DNA from: Saprospiraceae bacterium
GTDB taxonomy: Bacteria > Bacteroidota > Bacteroidia > Chitinophagales > Saprospiraceae
Length of the DNA: 64,000 nucleotides
Assembly (NCBI GenBank): GCA_013360405.1
Contig: JABWBR010000029.1
Coordinates: forward strand, 16,368-80,367
Direction: 5' to 3'
The position numbers were made by a program, and so were the translations under genes. The notes under the pieces are model-generated. The model was not told where the DNA came from. It did not search any database and saw nothing but the letters and a program-made list of their open reading frames with translations. Below, piece by piece: positions 37,801-45,868 of the stretch (position 1 is its first letter; each line of letters opens with the position of its first letter).

Positions 37801-38643
37801 TACGAAGCGCCCGCGCCGCCCAAGCCGAATCTGCACGTCATAGCTATGGGCGTTTCCAATTATCAAAACGCCGAACTAAACCTGCAGTATCCCTCCAAAG
37901 ACGTGAACGACCTCGCCCAGTTTTTTAAATCAAAAAACAGCGTATACGAAAAGGTGACTGTACAAACCCTTCTCGACGACCAGTTTAATGAAAAGGGATT
38001 CAAGAAACTGCGAGAAACGCTGTCCAAGACCAAAATCAACGACGCCGTGGTCGTCTTCTGGGCAGGCCACGGCCTCCTGGACGACAACCTCAACTACTAC
38101 CTCGCCACCCACGATGTGGATTTCAACAACCCCGCCGCTAAGGGCGTCTCCTACGAAGCGCTCGAAGCCCTGCTCGACAGCATCCCCGCCCGGCAAAAAC
38201 TACTGCTCATCGATGCCTGCCATTCCGGGGAGTTAGACAAAGCATCGGTAGCCCTCATCAAAGAAAAGCGCACCGAAAGCGGCGAGATAAAATTCCGGTC
38301 GTTTAATACGCGCGTGGCGCCCCGAGCAGACGGCCTGCAAAACGCCTTCGAACTCATGAAGCAATCTTTTGTCGACACGCGGCGCAATACCGGCGCTACC
38401 GTCATTTCGAGCGCCGGCGGCGTAGAATTTGCCATCGAAGGCGAAAAATGGAAAAACGGCGTTTTCACTTTTTGCCTGCTGAAAGGCCTCCGCGAACAAG
38501 CCGCCGACGCCAACAAAGACGGCAAGGTGATGATCTCCGAACTGGAAGCCTACATCTCGCAGGAAGTGCCCCGCCTCACCGACGGCCGCCAGCAACCGGC
38601 TTTCCGCACGGAGAATATCGCCAATGACTGGCGGGTGTGGTAG
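34840..38643 (+). CDS. Secreted WD40/beta-propeller protein with C-terminal caspase (peptidase C14) domain
   Basis: Signal peptide MKPVFHQLLLVLAMSLLWLSASGQ. WD40 repeats: GHAGEIENIYLSPDKKRLITTSQDGQVIVWD and GHSDFITGIAISPDGKTMVSTAKDGEFIIWD. Caspase dyad context: VVVFWAGHG and KLLLIDACHSGE. Confidence 0.75.
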   Translation: MKPVFHQLLLVLAMSLLWLSASGQTLESFGLSSGDQKKLSKKIEAAPKISTVPFVTPTIIRADQRNSPSSLRTDGATFEMLVNKGHAGEIENIYLSPDKKRLITTSQDGQVIVWDYQTASELHRIGRDKKQVGLYGQNVDVINDSIAVVTGLTIRLYNYKTNKILKSIDKTEVRISPKRMVVEDYDKKAFQVYSTTSFNLEYTIPFPGDAIPNRIDKKISNTGKFLILNYQDQAYKYKYEIINLDNKSVVLKGKANIIGNPNAFFSPNDGFLLMKESFTKIDIYETNKFSRIKTIEVKNGDLKDNVLFGSNDQSFVLNPEQMFGTYDEKKLGQNSMWVNTSTWKTTNLPANYSSVVLTVKIFSNNALIYNRLKNQIMLYDMAKSANVWQTRVDTTGWASGAVWNPSSLIVFNGAGRFFIGTKLGAIQEYDLSNGTYVRSIGSTASEPAALVRISKDGKYLGVVYGNNLIGELFNEWRKGVHYLRVIDLSNLNIVAEFSTLMPIGDFNFDNSSKRVAVLYWDYDNFGNKGIRHQEIVIYDIITSSKLNTIENPLPLLTNLKIPYYEKPAFDRILFSPDDQFIITSSYDSGTYLTYWDIAGGQNKRRIENPYTTKVTGKNGFGKEITKEYVNAGFSDVMLSSNGKYILALTGVKERVKIWDYATGFLILDALIPEPAPNAVRSSGFRWSANGQYIAVGSPRADFNKIYNLKNPKNYLSAKIENCSEGAFSNDSKYYIFGNKLTHKIGFYNLESGDIAYTSDGHSDFITGIAISPDGKTMVSTAKDGEFIIWDLPSRAKIGSYFSQGPGKYFFITPDFYFSGTKEALKQSGFGTFKLDGANFPFLESDVFFNQPHVIMERLGYASKKEIDFFRQAREKRLEKLGFAKDARLSKNYPKVTVTGQQGVYRTDKELFAITIKASDATQVIKTIHVLVNGVPIWGVNGKDVAAENKKTIEKKVTLSLSTGNNSIAVYCTNISGISSFANAFQVRYEAPAPPKPNLHVIAMGVSNYQNAELNLQYPSKDVNDLAQFFKSKNSVYEKVTVQTLLDDQFNEKGFKKLRETLSKTKINDAVVVFWAGHGLLDDNLNYYLATHDVDFNNPAAKGVSYEALEALLDSIPARQKLLLIDACHSGELDKASVALIKEKRTESGEIKFRSFNTRVAPRADGLQNAFELMKQSFVDTRRNTGATVISSAGGVEFAIEGEKWKNGVFTFCLLKGLREQAADANKDGKVMISELEAYISQEVPRLTDGRQQPAFRTENIANDWRVW

Positions 38644-38741
38644 GGAGGGGAGCAGGACTATTTGGACTTTGCACCTGTGTGACTGTGTAATCCTGGCCGG
38701 TCGTTGAGCGGAGTCGAAACGACGACTTTGCGACTTTGCGA

Positions 38742-38786
38742 AAGAGGTGACATCTTCGCGAGGCACGAGCGAAGGTGTCATCTCTT
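38742..38786. repeat. Long imperfect hairpin (18-bp arms, 9-nt loop)
   Basis: aagaggtgacatcttcgc / gcgaaggtgtcatctctt match at 16 of 18 positions when reverse-complemented. No T-run follows. Flanked by gactttgcgactttgcg words. Confidence 0.6.
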
Positions 38787-38877
38787 TCGCAGCTGCGGCA
38801 TTGACGTATGTCATTGCATTTCAGCAACTATTATATGAAATTATTCTATCCAAATTTTCTCACCAAAATAATACTCC

Positions 38878-40506
38878 ATGAAAACCTCAAATCTCATTTT
38901 ATGGCAAATGGGCCTTTCTGCCCTACTCGTATTTACGATGTGCTGCCCTGTTAACCCAGGGCTTAATACTGTACTGACTGCACACGGCAACACAGACTGG
39001 CATATTGATACCGCAGAAGAGTTTATTACAGGGAAAGATATGAATGGCAAAAATACTGCCGCCAATCACGTTCCTTCCACATGGACGGGAAGGCATATGC
39101 ACGTGGGACTTACCAATACTGCGCATTTTTATAACGATGTCGATAAAACCATACCTGGCGATGATGCCGATGCTACCAGTGGCATAGACCAGGCCATGCT
39201 GTTTTTCTATGCCGGACACGGCAATCCAACACTATGGAATACGCTTGGCGACAACGGGACTCAAAGTAAATTGCATCTGGGCGATTGCCCGGGTTATGGC
39301 TTATTGCGCTATTACTGGCAGTGCTCCTGCGAAGTTTTTGCGCATGGCCCGCGCACCGGCACAGGCGCCACTTTTGATTATTCCTGGCCGGGCAAGTTTA
39401 CCGGCGGCGCCGACAGCTATGACCAGCGCAATATATACGAACGTTGGGGGCCCGCCCTGCATCCCTACCTGAGAATGGCTTGCGGCGCTTCCACACCTGC
39501 CTACTGCCACGAAAGCCAGGTGAATAGCATCTGGAATAATTACAATAATTTGGGCATGGAAGTGTCGGATGCCTTCATCGACGGATTGACTTACTACAAC
39601 AATGGCGTGGTGCCAGTTTGCATTACTACAGGAGGATTTGATGTAAGTACAACTCCTCTCAACGACCTCATTTTTACTAACCAGGCTAACTTTAGTGAAA
39701 ATACGTACTACCACATTCAATACCTCGGAGGTTTTGACCGGCAATTGATCCAACCTTTCTTAATGATACGCATTCCGGAATTACTTCCTGAACTGGAGTT
39801 GATCCCTATGCCTCGCCCCGACCCTATACTCCGGGTTCAACTTGAAGAACAAGGCGATTGGCTGATCTCCAGGGAGCAAACAAAGGAAAAAGTTCCCACC
39901 ATCCGGATTAATAAGCTGAGCGGCGCGGTTTATCTCAAAGAAAATCGAATGGCGCAGCTAAGTACGGCTGTCCTGCCGGAACGGGAATACATACAAAAAG
40001 CCCAGACATTTGTGAAGGAAAAAGGATGGGTTGAGAACAACATGAAACTCACAGAAGCCAACCACATGATGCTCGAAAAGCAAGATAAGGCGAGTGAAAA
40101 AAAATTTGACCCGATCCAAAAGAACGTAGTGATTGTTTTCAAACGACAAGTAGAAGCCGACGGCCAACTTATCCCCGTATTGGGCGAAGGAGGGCAGATT
40201 AAAATTCAACTGAATAATGATGGTTCCGTATTAAATGCGGCCAAAATATGGCGGGCAGTTGATGTGAGAGCTACCTTGAAAAAAACCAGGGTAAAACCAT
40301 ACGAAACAGCGCTTGAAGAAGCCAGAAAAAGACTCCCTGATAGGAACGCTTACAAACTGGAACGCTGGGATTTTGGATACGAAGAACTGGCGGGTAATGT
40401 CGAACAGAAAGTGATGAAAACAGTGTACCACTTTTATTTCGTACCCGAAAACAAGGAACAATTTCTTGAATTCCCGCCTATGTTTATGGCGATTCCTGCA
40501 CAGTAA
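38878..40506 (+). CDS. Secreted hypothetical protein with a caspase-like His/Cys motif pair
   Basis: Signal peptide MKTSNLILWQMGLSALLVFTMC. MLFFYAGHG (His114) and LLRYYWQCSCEVF (Cys149/151) have spacing similar to the clan-CD dyad. No family name recognised. Confidence 0.5.
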   Translation: MKTSNLILWQMGLSALLVFTMCCPVNPGLNTVLTAHGNTDWHIDTAEEFITGKDMNGKNTAANHVPSTWTGRHMHVGLTNTAHFYNDVDKTIPGDDADATSGIDQAMLFFYAGHGNPTLWNTLGDNGTQSKLHLGDCPGYGLLRYYWQCSCEVFAHGPRTGTGATFDYSWPGKFTGGADSYDQRNIYERWGPALHPYLRMACGASTPAYCHESQVNSIWNNYNNLGMEVSDAFIDGLTYYNNGVVPVCITTGGFDVSTTPLNDLIFTNQANFSENTYYHIQYLGGFDRQLIQPFLMIRIPELLPELELIPMPRPDPILRVQLEEQGDWLISREQTKEKVPTIRINKLSGAVYLKENRMAQLSTAVLPEREYIQKAQTFVKEKGWVENNMKLTEANHMMLEKQDKASEKKFDPIQKNVVIVFKRQVEADGQLIPVLGEGGQIKIQLNNDGSVLNAAKIWRAVDVRATLKKTRVKPYETALEEARKRLPDRNAYKLERWDFGYEELAGNVEQKVMKTVYHFYFVPENKEQFLEFPPMFMAIPAQ

Positions 40507-40532
40507 AAAATATATTTGATAACTGTTACAAG

Positions 40533-40565
40533 CCTCGGCGGGTCGCTCCGCCGGGGATTTTTTGC
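40533..40565 (+). terminator. Rho-independent terminator
   Basis: cctcggcgg-gtcgct-ccgccgggg (9-bp stem including one G-T pair) followed by attttttg, 27 nt after the stop at 40506. Confidence 0.75.
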
Positions 40566-40665
40566 CAACTATACCTCAGGTATGACCAAAAAATGGAGGG
40601 GTGGTTATCGCACAGTCCCAAAATCCAATAGTCTAATATCGTCAACTTAAGCCGATTATTTCACC

Positions 40666-40762
40666 AGAGTTAAATGGGCTAAAACCGAGTGACGCGGAGT
40701 ATTTTTTCACTACAGAGTCAAAATCACGCTCTGCGTAACTCGGTTTTACTCCGTTTAACTCT
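40666..40762. repeat. Long hairpin repeat, family C copy 2
   Basis: Arms 40666-40700 and 40727-40762 match at about 30 of 35 positions when reverse-complemented. Shares ctctgcgtaa...actccNtttaactct with 7341-7428. Confidence 0.7.
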
Positions 40763-40927
40763 ATGAAAATACTCCCTATCTTTGAACAGGTATAGCTCGC
40801 ACCGCCAAGTTTTGGGCATGACCTAAGCTCGGGGGCGACCCCGCCCAAAGCGGGGCGCAAAGCCGGAAAAGTTATGCACAACTTGTCCCGTACCGACAGG
40901 TCGGGATAACTTGACGGTGTGCGGTAT

Positions 40928-41026
40928 AAGAGGCCCAGAGGGCCTAAATATTGTTAGAACCGGTAATAAAACTCCGGAGGAGCGTAATATGCGGTATGAC
41001 GGGTTTAAAGTGACAAAGTAGTATTA
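40928..41026. repeat. MITE-like element family A, truncated copy 3 (right half only)
   Basis: aagaggcccagagggcctaaatattgttagaaccggtaataaaactccggaggagcgtaatatgcggtatgacgggtttaaagtgacaaagtagta is co-linear with 30256-30360. No left terminal repeat was found. Confidence 0.7.
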
Positions 41027-41078
41027 GTTAACTAAACAAACAGCTAAACCCAATCGCTAAACCCTACTAAACAGTTGC
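41027..41078. repeat. Left copy of a distant inverted repeat (partner at 44821-44866)
   Basis: cgctaaaccctactaaacagtt (41055-41076) is the exact reverse complement of aactgtttagtagggtttagcg (44823-44844). The flanks continue with imperfect matches. Confidence 0.8.
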
Positions 41079-41208
41079 AAAATATTTGTATAAATAATTA
41101 ATAGAGATGAGGTTGGGGGGTGATTTTGGTCATTGGAGCGAGGATAAACAAACAAATATTATCTCAATAATTTATCATTATTTGTTTAAATTATAATCAA
41201 ATAAATGA

Positions 41209-41216
41209 TACTTTTG
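41209..41216 (+). promoter_or_regulatory. Bacteroidota-type -7 box TAnnTTTG
   Basis: tacttttg, 53 nt upstream of the ATG at 41269. Confidence 0.35.
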
Positions 41217-41268
41217 AGTGTTTCAATGAATCCGATAATGAATCGCTCGAAATTCTCTTAACCTTCTA

Positions 41269-42372
41269 ATGAGAGAAAAAATGTCAAATCCAAATGAATC
41301 CTTTGATCTAAGTGCTCTCCCGCTTGAACAATCTATCGAAACGGTGCAGATACTACGCCAGCTTAACAAAGCAAGTCGGGCCTTAGCTGAGCTTAAGGGA
41401 GAGGCCAAGACTATTCCTAACGAAAATATTCTTATAAATACCCTCGGGTTACAGGAAGCGAAAGACAGTTCAGCTATTGAAAACATCATTACTACAAATG
41501 ATGAACTTTTTCGTGCGGCAGTAGATGAATCATACGTCAATGCAGCCGCCAAAGAAGTGCAAAATTATATTTCGGCGCTCATTACCGGTTTTCGAGTGGT
41601 ACGTGATACGGGGCTTTTGACCAACCGCACTATTTTATCAATCCAGCAGGAATTGGAGAGAAACAATGCAGGCTTTCGAAAACTACCGGGTACGGTGCTG
41701 AAAAATAATATGGGGGAAGTCGTATACAACCCGCCACAGGATGAGAAAGAAATTTTGGATCTTATGTCGAATCTGGAGTTGTATATCAATGATGCCACGG
41801 TGCAAGATCTCGATCCCCTAATCAAAATGGCGATTATACACTATCAATTCGAGAGCATTCATCCCTTTTATGACGGCAACGGGAGAACCGGGCGCATCAT
41901 CAATATCCTCTACCTTGTGAAGGAAGGGCTGCTGGATATTCCCGTTCTGTATTTGAGCCACTCTATCATTCAGCACAAGAGGGACTACTATAGATTATTG
42001 CAAGAGGTGCGCAGTCAAAACGCATGGGAGCAATGGATCATGTATATGCTGATTGGCGTTGAAGAAACAGCCTACCAAACAATTGAGATTGTTAAAGCTA
42101 TAAGGGAGTTGATGGCTTTGTATAAGGCAAAAATGCGAGCTGAAACCGGTTTTTATAGCAAAGAACTACTGGAAAACCTTTTTAGACATCCTTATACGAA
42201 GATTGCGTTTGTAGAGGAAGGGCTTGGAGTACATCGAAATACTGCTGCTTTTTATCTTAACCAACTAACTGAAATCGGGCTGGTTGAAAAGGTTAAATTG
42301 GGAAGAAGCAACTATTATATCAATAAGGATTTGTTTGAACTACTTCGTAAAGGATATGCACAAAGAGAGTAA
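41269..42372 (+). CDS. Fic family protein with DUF4172-type N-terminal domain (367 aa)
   Basis: Fic motif HPFYDGNGRTGRIINILYL. N-terminal inhibitory-type motif SSAIEN fits (S/T)xxxE(G/N). C-terminal wHTH-like region. Confidence 0.85.
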   Translation: MREKMSNPNESFDLSALPLEQSIETVQILRQLNKASRALAELKGEAKTIPNENILINTLGLQEAKDSSAIENIITTNDELFRAAVDESYVNAAAKEVQNYISALITGFRVVRDTGLLTNRTILSIQQELERNNAGFRKLPGTVLKNNMGEVVYNPPQDEKEILDLMSNLELYINDATVQDLDPLIKMAIIHYQFESIHPFYDGNGRTGRIINILYLVKEGLLDIPVLYLSHSIIQHKRDYYRLLQEVRSQNAWEQWIMYMLIGVEETAYQTIEIVKAIRELMALYKAKMRAETGFYSKELLENLFRHPYTKIAFVEEGLGVHRNTAAFYLNQLTEIGLVEKVKLGRSNYYINKDLFELLRKGYAQRE

Positions 42373-42393
42373 CTTTTTTGTGCAAATACGCAT

Positions 42394-42428
42394 AACGTGC
42401 ACAAAATTTTAAAAATTTTGTGCACGTT
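42394..42428. terminator. Perfect 15-bp hairpin between convergent genes
   Basis: aacgtgcacaaaatt-ttaaa-aattttgtgcacgtt. The A/T-rich stem base allows termination in both directions. The last base overlaps the uppP stop codon. Confidence 0.6.
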
Positions 42429-43246
42429 TAATTTAAGCCTCCGCCTTTAATCACCGCAAACACCAAAAACAACACCCCCACTGCAATGCGATAATACCCA
42501 AACCCGGCAAACCCGTGCCGGTTGAGCAAAGACACAAACCATTTCACCGCAAAAATAGCCGTGACAAAAGCCAAGATAAAACCGATGGCCAACTGCTGCC
42601 ACTGCTCGCTTGAGATAGTCCCTTCAAATTTCAGCAAATCATAACCCGATGCGGCTGCCATGGTAGGAATGGCCAGCAGGAAAGAAAACTCGGCCGCGCT
42701 TTTTTTCGACAAGCCGTTGCTCATACCGCCAATGATGGTGGCCGCCGCCCGCGATACGCCGGGGATCATGGATAAACACTGAAAAAAACCGATATACAGC
42801 GCTTTTTTGTACGACATATTGGAAAGCTCCTCGTCGTTGGGCTCGCCAAGGTGTAGGCGCTTGTCGAGCCAGATGAGGATTACCCCGCCAACAATCAACG
42901 ACACCGCCACTACCCAATGGTTGAATAGGTAGCTCTTTATTATTTTATACAATAAAAACCCGAATACCCCCGATGGCAAAAAAGCGACGAATAATTTGAG
43001 GTAAATCTCCGGCTTTAACAAAAAACGACGGGCATAAAGCGCCACGATGGCCAGGATAGCCCCGAGCTGGATAAATATCTCGAAGGTTTTGGTGAATTCG
43101 TCCTCGTGATTGCCCAACAAATAGGAGAGCAATATCATGTGCCCGGTAGAAGAGATGGGAAGGAATTCGGTGATGCCTTCAACTATGGCGGTTAAGATGA
43201 CGTCAAGCAGCGACACGGTACAGGGTGTTTTGATTTGAAGGGGCAA
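42428..43246 (-). CDS. uppP: Undecaprenyl-diphosphate phosphatase
   Basis: EGITEFLPISSTGH, PGVSRAAATIIGG and multiple TM segments. The ORF-track start is a TTG at 43246; a GTG at 43216 is an alternative. Confidence 0.9.
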   Translation of the reverse strand: MPLQIKTPCTVSLLDVILTAIVEGITEFLPISSTGHMILLSYLLGNHEDEFTKTFEIFIQLGAILAIVALYARRFLLKPEIYLKLFVAFLPSGVFGFLLYKIIKSYLFNHWVVAVSLIVGGVILIWLDKRLHLGEPNDEELSNMSYKKALYIGFFQCLSMIPGVSRAAATIIGGMSNGLSKKSAAEFSFLLAIPTMAAASGYDLLKFEGTISSEQWQQLAIGFILAFVTAIFAVKWFVSLLNRHGFAGFGYYRIAVGVLFLVFAVIKGGGLN

Positions 43247-43315
43247 AGGTAGGAAGTTTATTTGAGGAATTTTTTTGAGCAGTAACTGGTTATATCATGT
43301 AAAATATATGGCTAA

Positions 43316-43516
43316 ATGTTGAACCAAATAACCTCAGAAGAAGAATACCGACAGGTGATGAAAAAAATAGAAACCTACTTGCAGCAGGCAACGAATAGCG
43401 GGGGTTTTCATTCCCTAACACCTGAAGAATGCGAAGCGTTGCAGCATCTCTCTCTACTGGCCGAAGCTTGGGAAGACAATATCCTGTTAATGCCTAATCG
43501 ACAGTCAAATACATAA
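43316..43516 (+). CDS. Small ORF resembling only the N-terminal helical part of HigA-type antitoxins; possibly a gene remnant
   Basis: ITSEEEYRQVMKKIETYL...LSLLAEAWEDN follows the I..E..Y......I..L......L..LI..YE pattern. No HTH domain follows. Confidence 0.35.
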   Translation: MLNQITSEEEYRQVMKKIETYLQQATNSGGFHSLTPEECEALQHLSLLAEAWEDNILLMPNRQSNT

Positions 43517-43565
43517 GAGAGACATCCGTTTTATTCCCACAAAGCTTATCGCAGCCCTCACTCTC

Positions 43566-44798
43566 TCACTCACTCCCTTTCTCCCTCTCCGGCAACGCAG
43601 CCCAATACACCGCAACCCCCTCCGACCCGGCCTGGCAGGTAAACTCAGCCTTATGTGGCGAAATAAAACTCTCCCCACTGCGAAACACCCCCTCGCCGGC
43701 TGCATCGGAAAGCGTCAACTCGCCTTCGAGGACTAGTCCGATTGCGGGGCCGCTGAGGGGATGCCATTCATAAGATTGGCCAGGGGCAAGAGCCAGTCGG
43801 TGCAATTCGAAATCGGGGATGGGCGCGGGAAAAACCTCAAGGCCGTTGGGCGAACTCGCCTGGATAATAAACGGCTGCACCGGATCAAAAAGCAGGTTCG
43901 CCATCAGTTCGCCTACGTCGATATGCTTGGGGGTGAGGCCGCCGCGGAATACGTTGTCGGAATTGGCCATCAACTCTACATTGACGCCTTCGAGGTAAGC
44001 ATGGGGCACCCCGGCAGCCTGGAAGATGGCCTCGCCGGGATTTAAGCGCACAAGGTTGAGCAGATAAACTGAAAATACGCCGCGGTCGTAGTGCCCGTCG
44101 CGGGTGTATGTCTCGAAAGCCAGCGCAGCCCAGTAGTCGGGTTCGTCTTTGTAAAGGCGGTGGGCCTGCAATTCGGGCAATAGTTGTTGAGCCAGGGGCT
44201 GCAACCACCGATCCACTTCCTCCTGGGGCATTTCCATGAGCGCTTTGTACATGGCTTTAAGGTCGTGCTGGGGCAGCTGGGCGTACAGCTCCGACAAGCC
44301 GGGGCGCTCAGCCCACAAAGCGGCAATATCTGCTTGCCGGCGGAAGCCGTGCAGCAACCAGAACGGCGTCAGCGCCGCCATGATTTCGGGTTTGTGGTTG
44401 TCGTCTCGGTAAGTGCGGTGCGGCGCATCGAGTGGGATGCCCAGCGCATTTTCGCGGGCAAACCCCGCCTCGGCGGCGGCTTTGGTGGGGTGCGCCTGTA
44501 TCGAAAGCATGCTGCGCACATCCAGTATTTTCAACAAAAAGGGGAGTCGCTCTCCAAATTGGACCCGGGCGTCGGGGCCCAGCCAATATTGGGGATCGTG
44601 GCGAATGAGGGCGCCCAATTCCTCCCATTGGCCGCCCACCCACACGAAAGAAGGGGCCAGGGGATGATCGCCCATCCACCATTCGGCAAAAGGCCGGCGG
44701 TCGGTGTTGTCGAGGCGCATCAGGGCCGGGATGAATTCGTATCCACCCCATGCATAGTGCTGTGTTTCGCCGTGTAATCGATGTACCACTGCGGTCAT
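43566..44798 (-). CDS. manA: Mannose-6-phosphate isomerase, class I
   Basis: 410 aa. YAWGG near the N-terminus, LSIQAHPTKAAAEAGF, and HAYLEGVNVELMANSDNVFRGGLTPK. Confidence 0.9.
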   Translation of the reverse strand: MTAVVHRLHGETQHYAWGGYEFIPALMRLDNTDRRPFAEWWMGDHPLAPSFVWVGGQWEELGALIRHDPQYWLGPDARVQFGERLPFLLKILDVRSMLSIQAHPTKAAAEAGFARENALGIPLDAPHRTYRDDNHKPEIMAALTPFWLLHGFRRQADIAALWAERPGLSELYAQLPQHDLKAMYKALMEMPQEEVDRWLQPLAQQLLPELQAHRLYKDEPDYWAALAFETYTRDGHYDRGVFSVYLLNLVRLNPGEAIFQAAGVPHAYLEGVNVELMANSDNVFRGGLTPKHIDVGELMANLLFDPVQPFIIQASSPNGLEVFPAPIPDFELHRLALAPGQSYEWHPLSGPAIGLVLEGELTLSDAAGEGVFRSGESFISPHKAEFTCQAGSEGVAVYWAALPEREKGSE

Positions 44799-44820
44799 GG
44801 GTTTTATAGTAAAAGTAAAT

Positions 44821-44866
44821 GTAACTGTTTAGTAGGGTTTAGCGTTAGGGTTTAGTTTTTTTAACA
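44821..44866. repeat. Right copy of the distant inverted repeat (partner at 41027-41078)
   Basis: gtaactgtttagtagggtttagcgttagggtttagtttttttaac. See the partner feature. Confidence 0.8.
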
Positions 44867-44930
44867 TACAGCTTAGCTGGACTTTAGCCGATTGAACTAA
44901 AAAAATAGAACTCCCCGGAAGTGATTAAAT

Positions 44931-45221
44931 TTGAGATCACGACAAATCAAATTTATGCTCACGTTGCCAAAAGAGTTCTCCCATCAAATATCGGTATTTG
45001 CGCCATTATTCAGCAAAAAAGTCTATGAACAGGCAAAGGTTTTGTTTTTAGGCAGCTTGATAACGGTTGGCCGAAGGACGGTTTGTAGCGTTCTTCGCGG
45101 GGTTGGGTTATCTGAAGAAAATCGTTTTCATAAATACCACCGGGTTTTGAGTCAAGCCAACTGGTCTATTCTTCGCGGAGCACCGGGACGTAGTGAGAAG
45201 TTCGCACAGCCATTTGGCTAA
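44931..45221 (+). mobile_element. Truncated DDE transposase gene (N-terminal about 90 aa only; IS4/IS701-like assignment from memory)
   Basis: FAPLFSKKVYEQAKVLFLGSLITVGRRTVCSVLRGVGLSEENRFHKYHRVLSQANWS matches the conserved N-terminal region of this transposase type. The ORF stops after 96 codons and no DDE core follows. Confidence 0.6.
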
Positions 45222-45360
45222 AGTCCAGATCTCCTGTGACTATTATCGGGGATCCATTTATCCCGACAGTCCCTCCCGAATAAGGTGTGGGCGCCTACCC
45301 GAATACCTGCATCATAACTTTTAATGGAACTGTGGCGGAAGCAGGTTTTTAGATTGATCA

Positions 45361-45615
45361 CCGCATCAACTTCCCTATCTCTTTCCACGTCACCAGTTGT
45401 ATGCCCTCCTGAGCCAGTATCTTCCGGGAGGTTTTTCCGGTAAAAAAGTCGAAGTCCATTTGCCGCCAGGCGGCGCCCCAATCGGGGTGGTCTACGGTGA
45501 CGCCCTGCATTTCGGCGTTGGCAGGATAGCCCAGCCGCTCGGCAAGGGTGGATTGCGCCTGTATCGGGGCGATTCAGGCGATAAAAAGTACCGCTATGCT
45601 GATTATGGTTTTCAT
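45361..45615 (-). pseudogene. Degraded secreted-protein gene: in-frame TGA at codon 14 and a probable large internal deletion
   Basis: The reverse strand reads MKTIISIAVLFIA*IAPIQAQSTLAERLGYPANAEM...ILAQEGIQLVTWKEIGKLMR*. The N- and C-terminal pieces weakly recall ChbG/YdjC-type deacetylases (tentative). Confidence 0.45.
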
Positions 45616-45868
45616 GTTGTCTTTTTTTTAAAAGTTATAGCTTGCGTCGCTATATTTTGAATTTAATCTAAGCTCGGGCGCGCGGTATACTATATTATTT
45701 AGCCTAATAGCGTACTTTGCCTAACCTTCGCAAACGCTGCGTTACTTGGTATTGTTAAGCTATTATAGTTACAAGATAAAAAGGAGCGCATCTTGAATCA
45801 ATCGTTCCACATATTCCAGGTTGACGAAGCAGAGGCGGAGCGAATATTTACGGAAATTCCTGATCGGC

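Noticed and set aside
34193-40506. Gasdermin-like or other small effector gene next to the caspase-like protease.
   Set aside because: No ORF of about 240-300 aa lies adjacent. The neighbours are an HD phosphohydrolase and a 542-aa secreted protein, and the protease itself has a signal peptide. A gasdermin-type defence system is therefore not supported.
45218-45481. 87-aa minus-strand ORF, and possible further transposase fragments at 45225-45360.
   Set aside because: The translations in all frames gave only very weak resemblance (for example VTIIGD) to transposase cores, which is not enough to call. The region is reported only as part of the decay zone.
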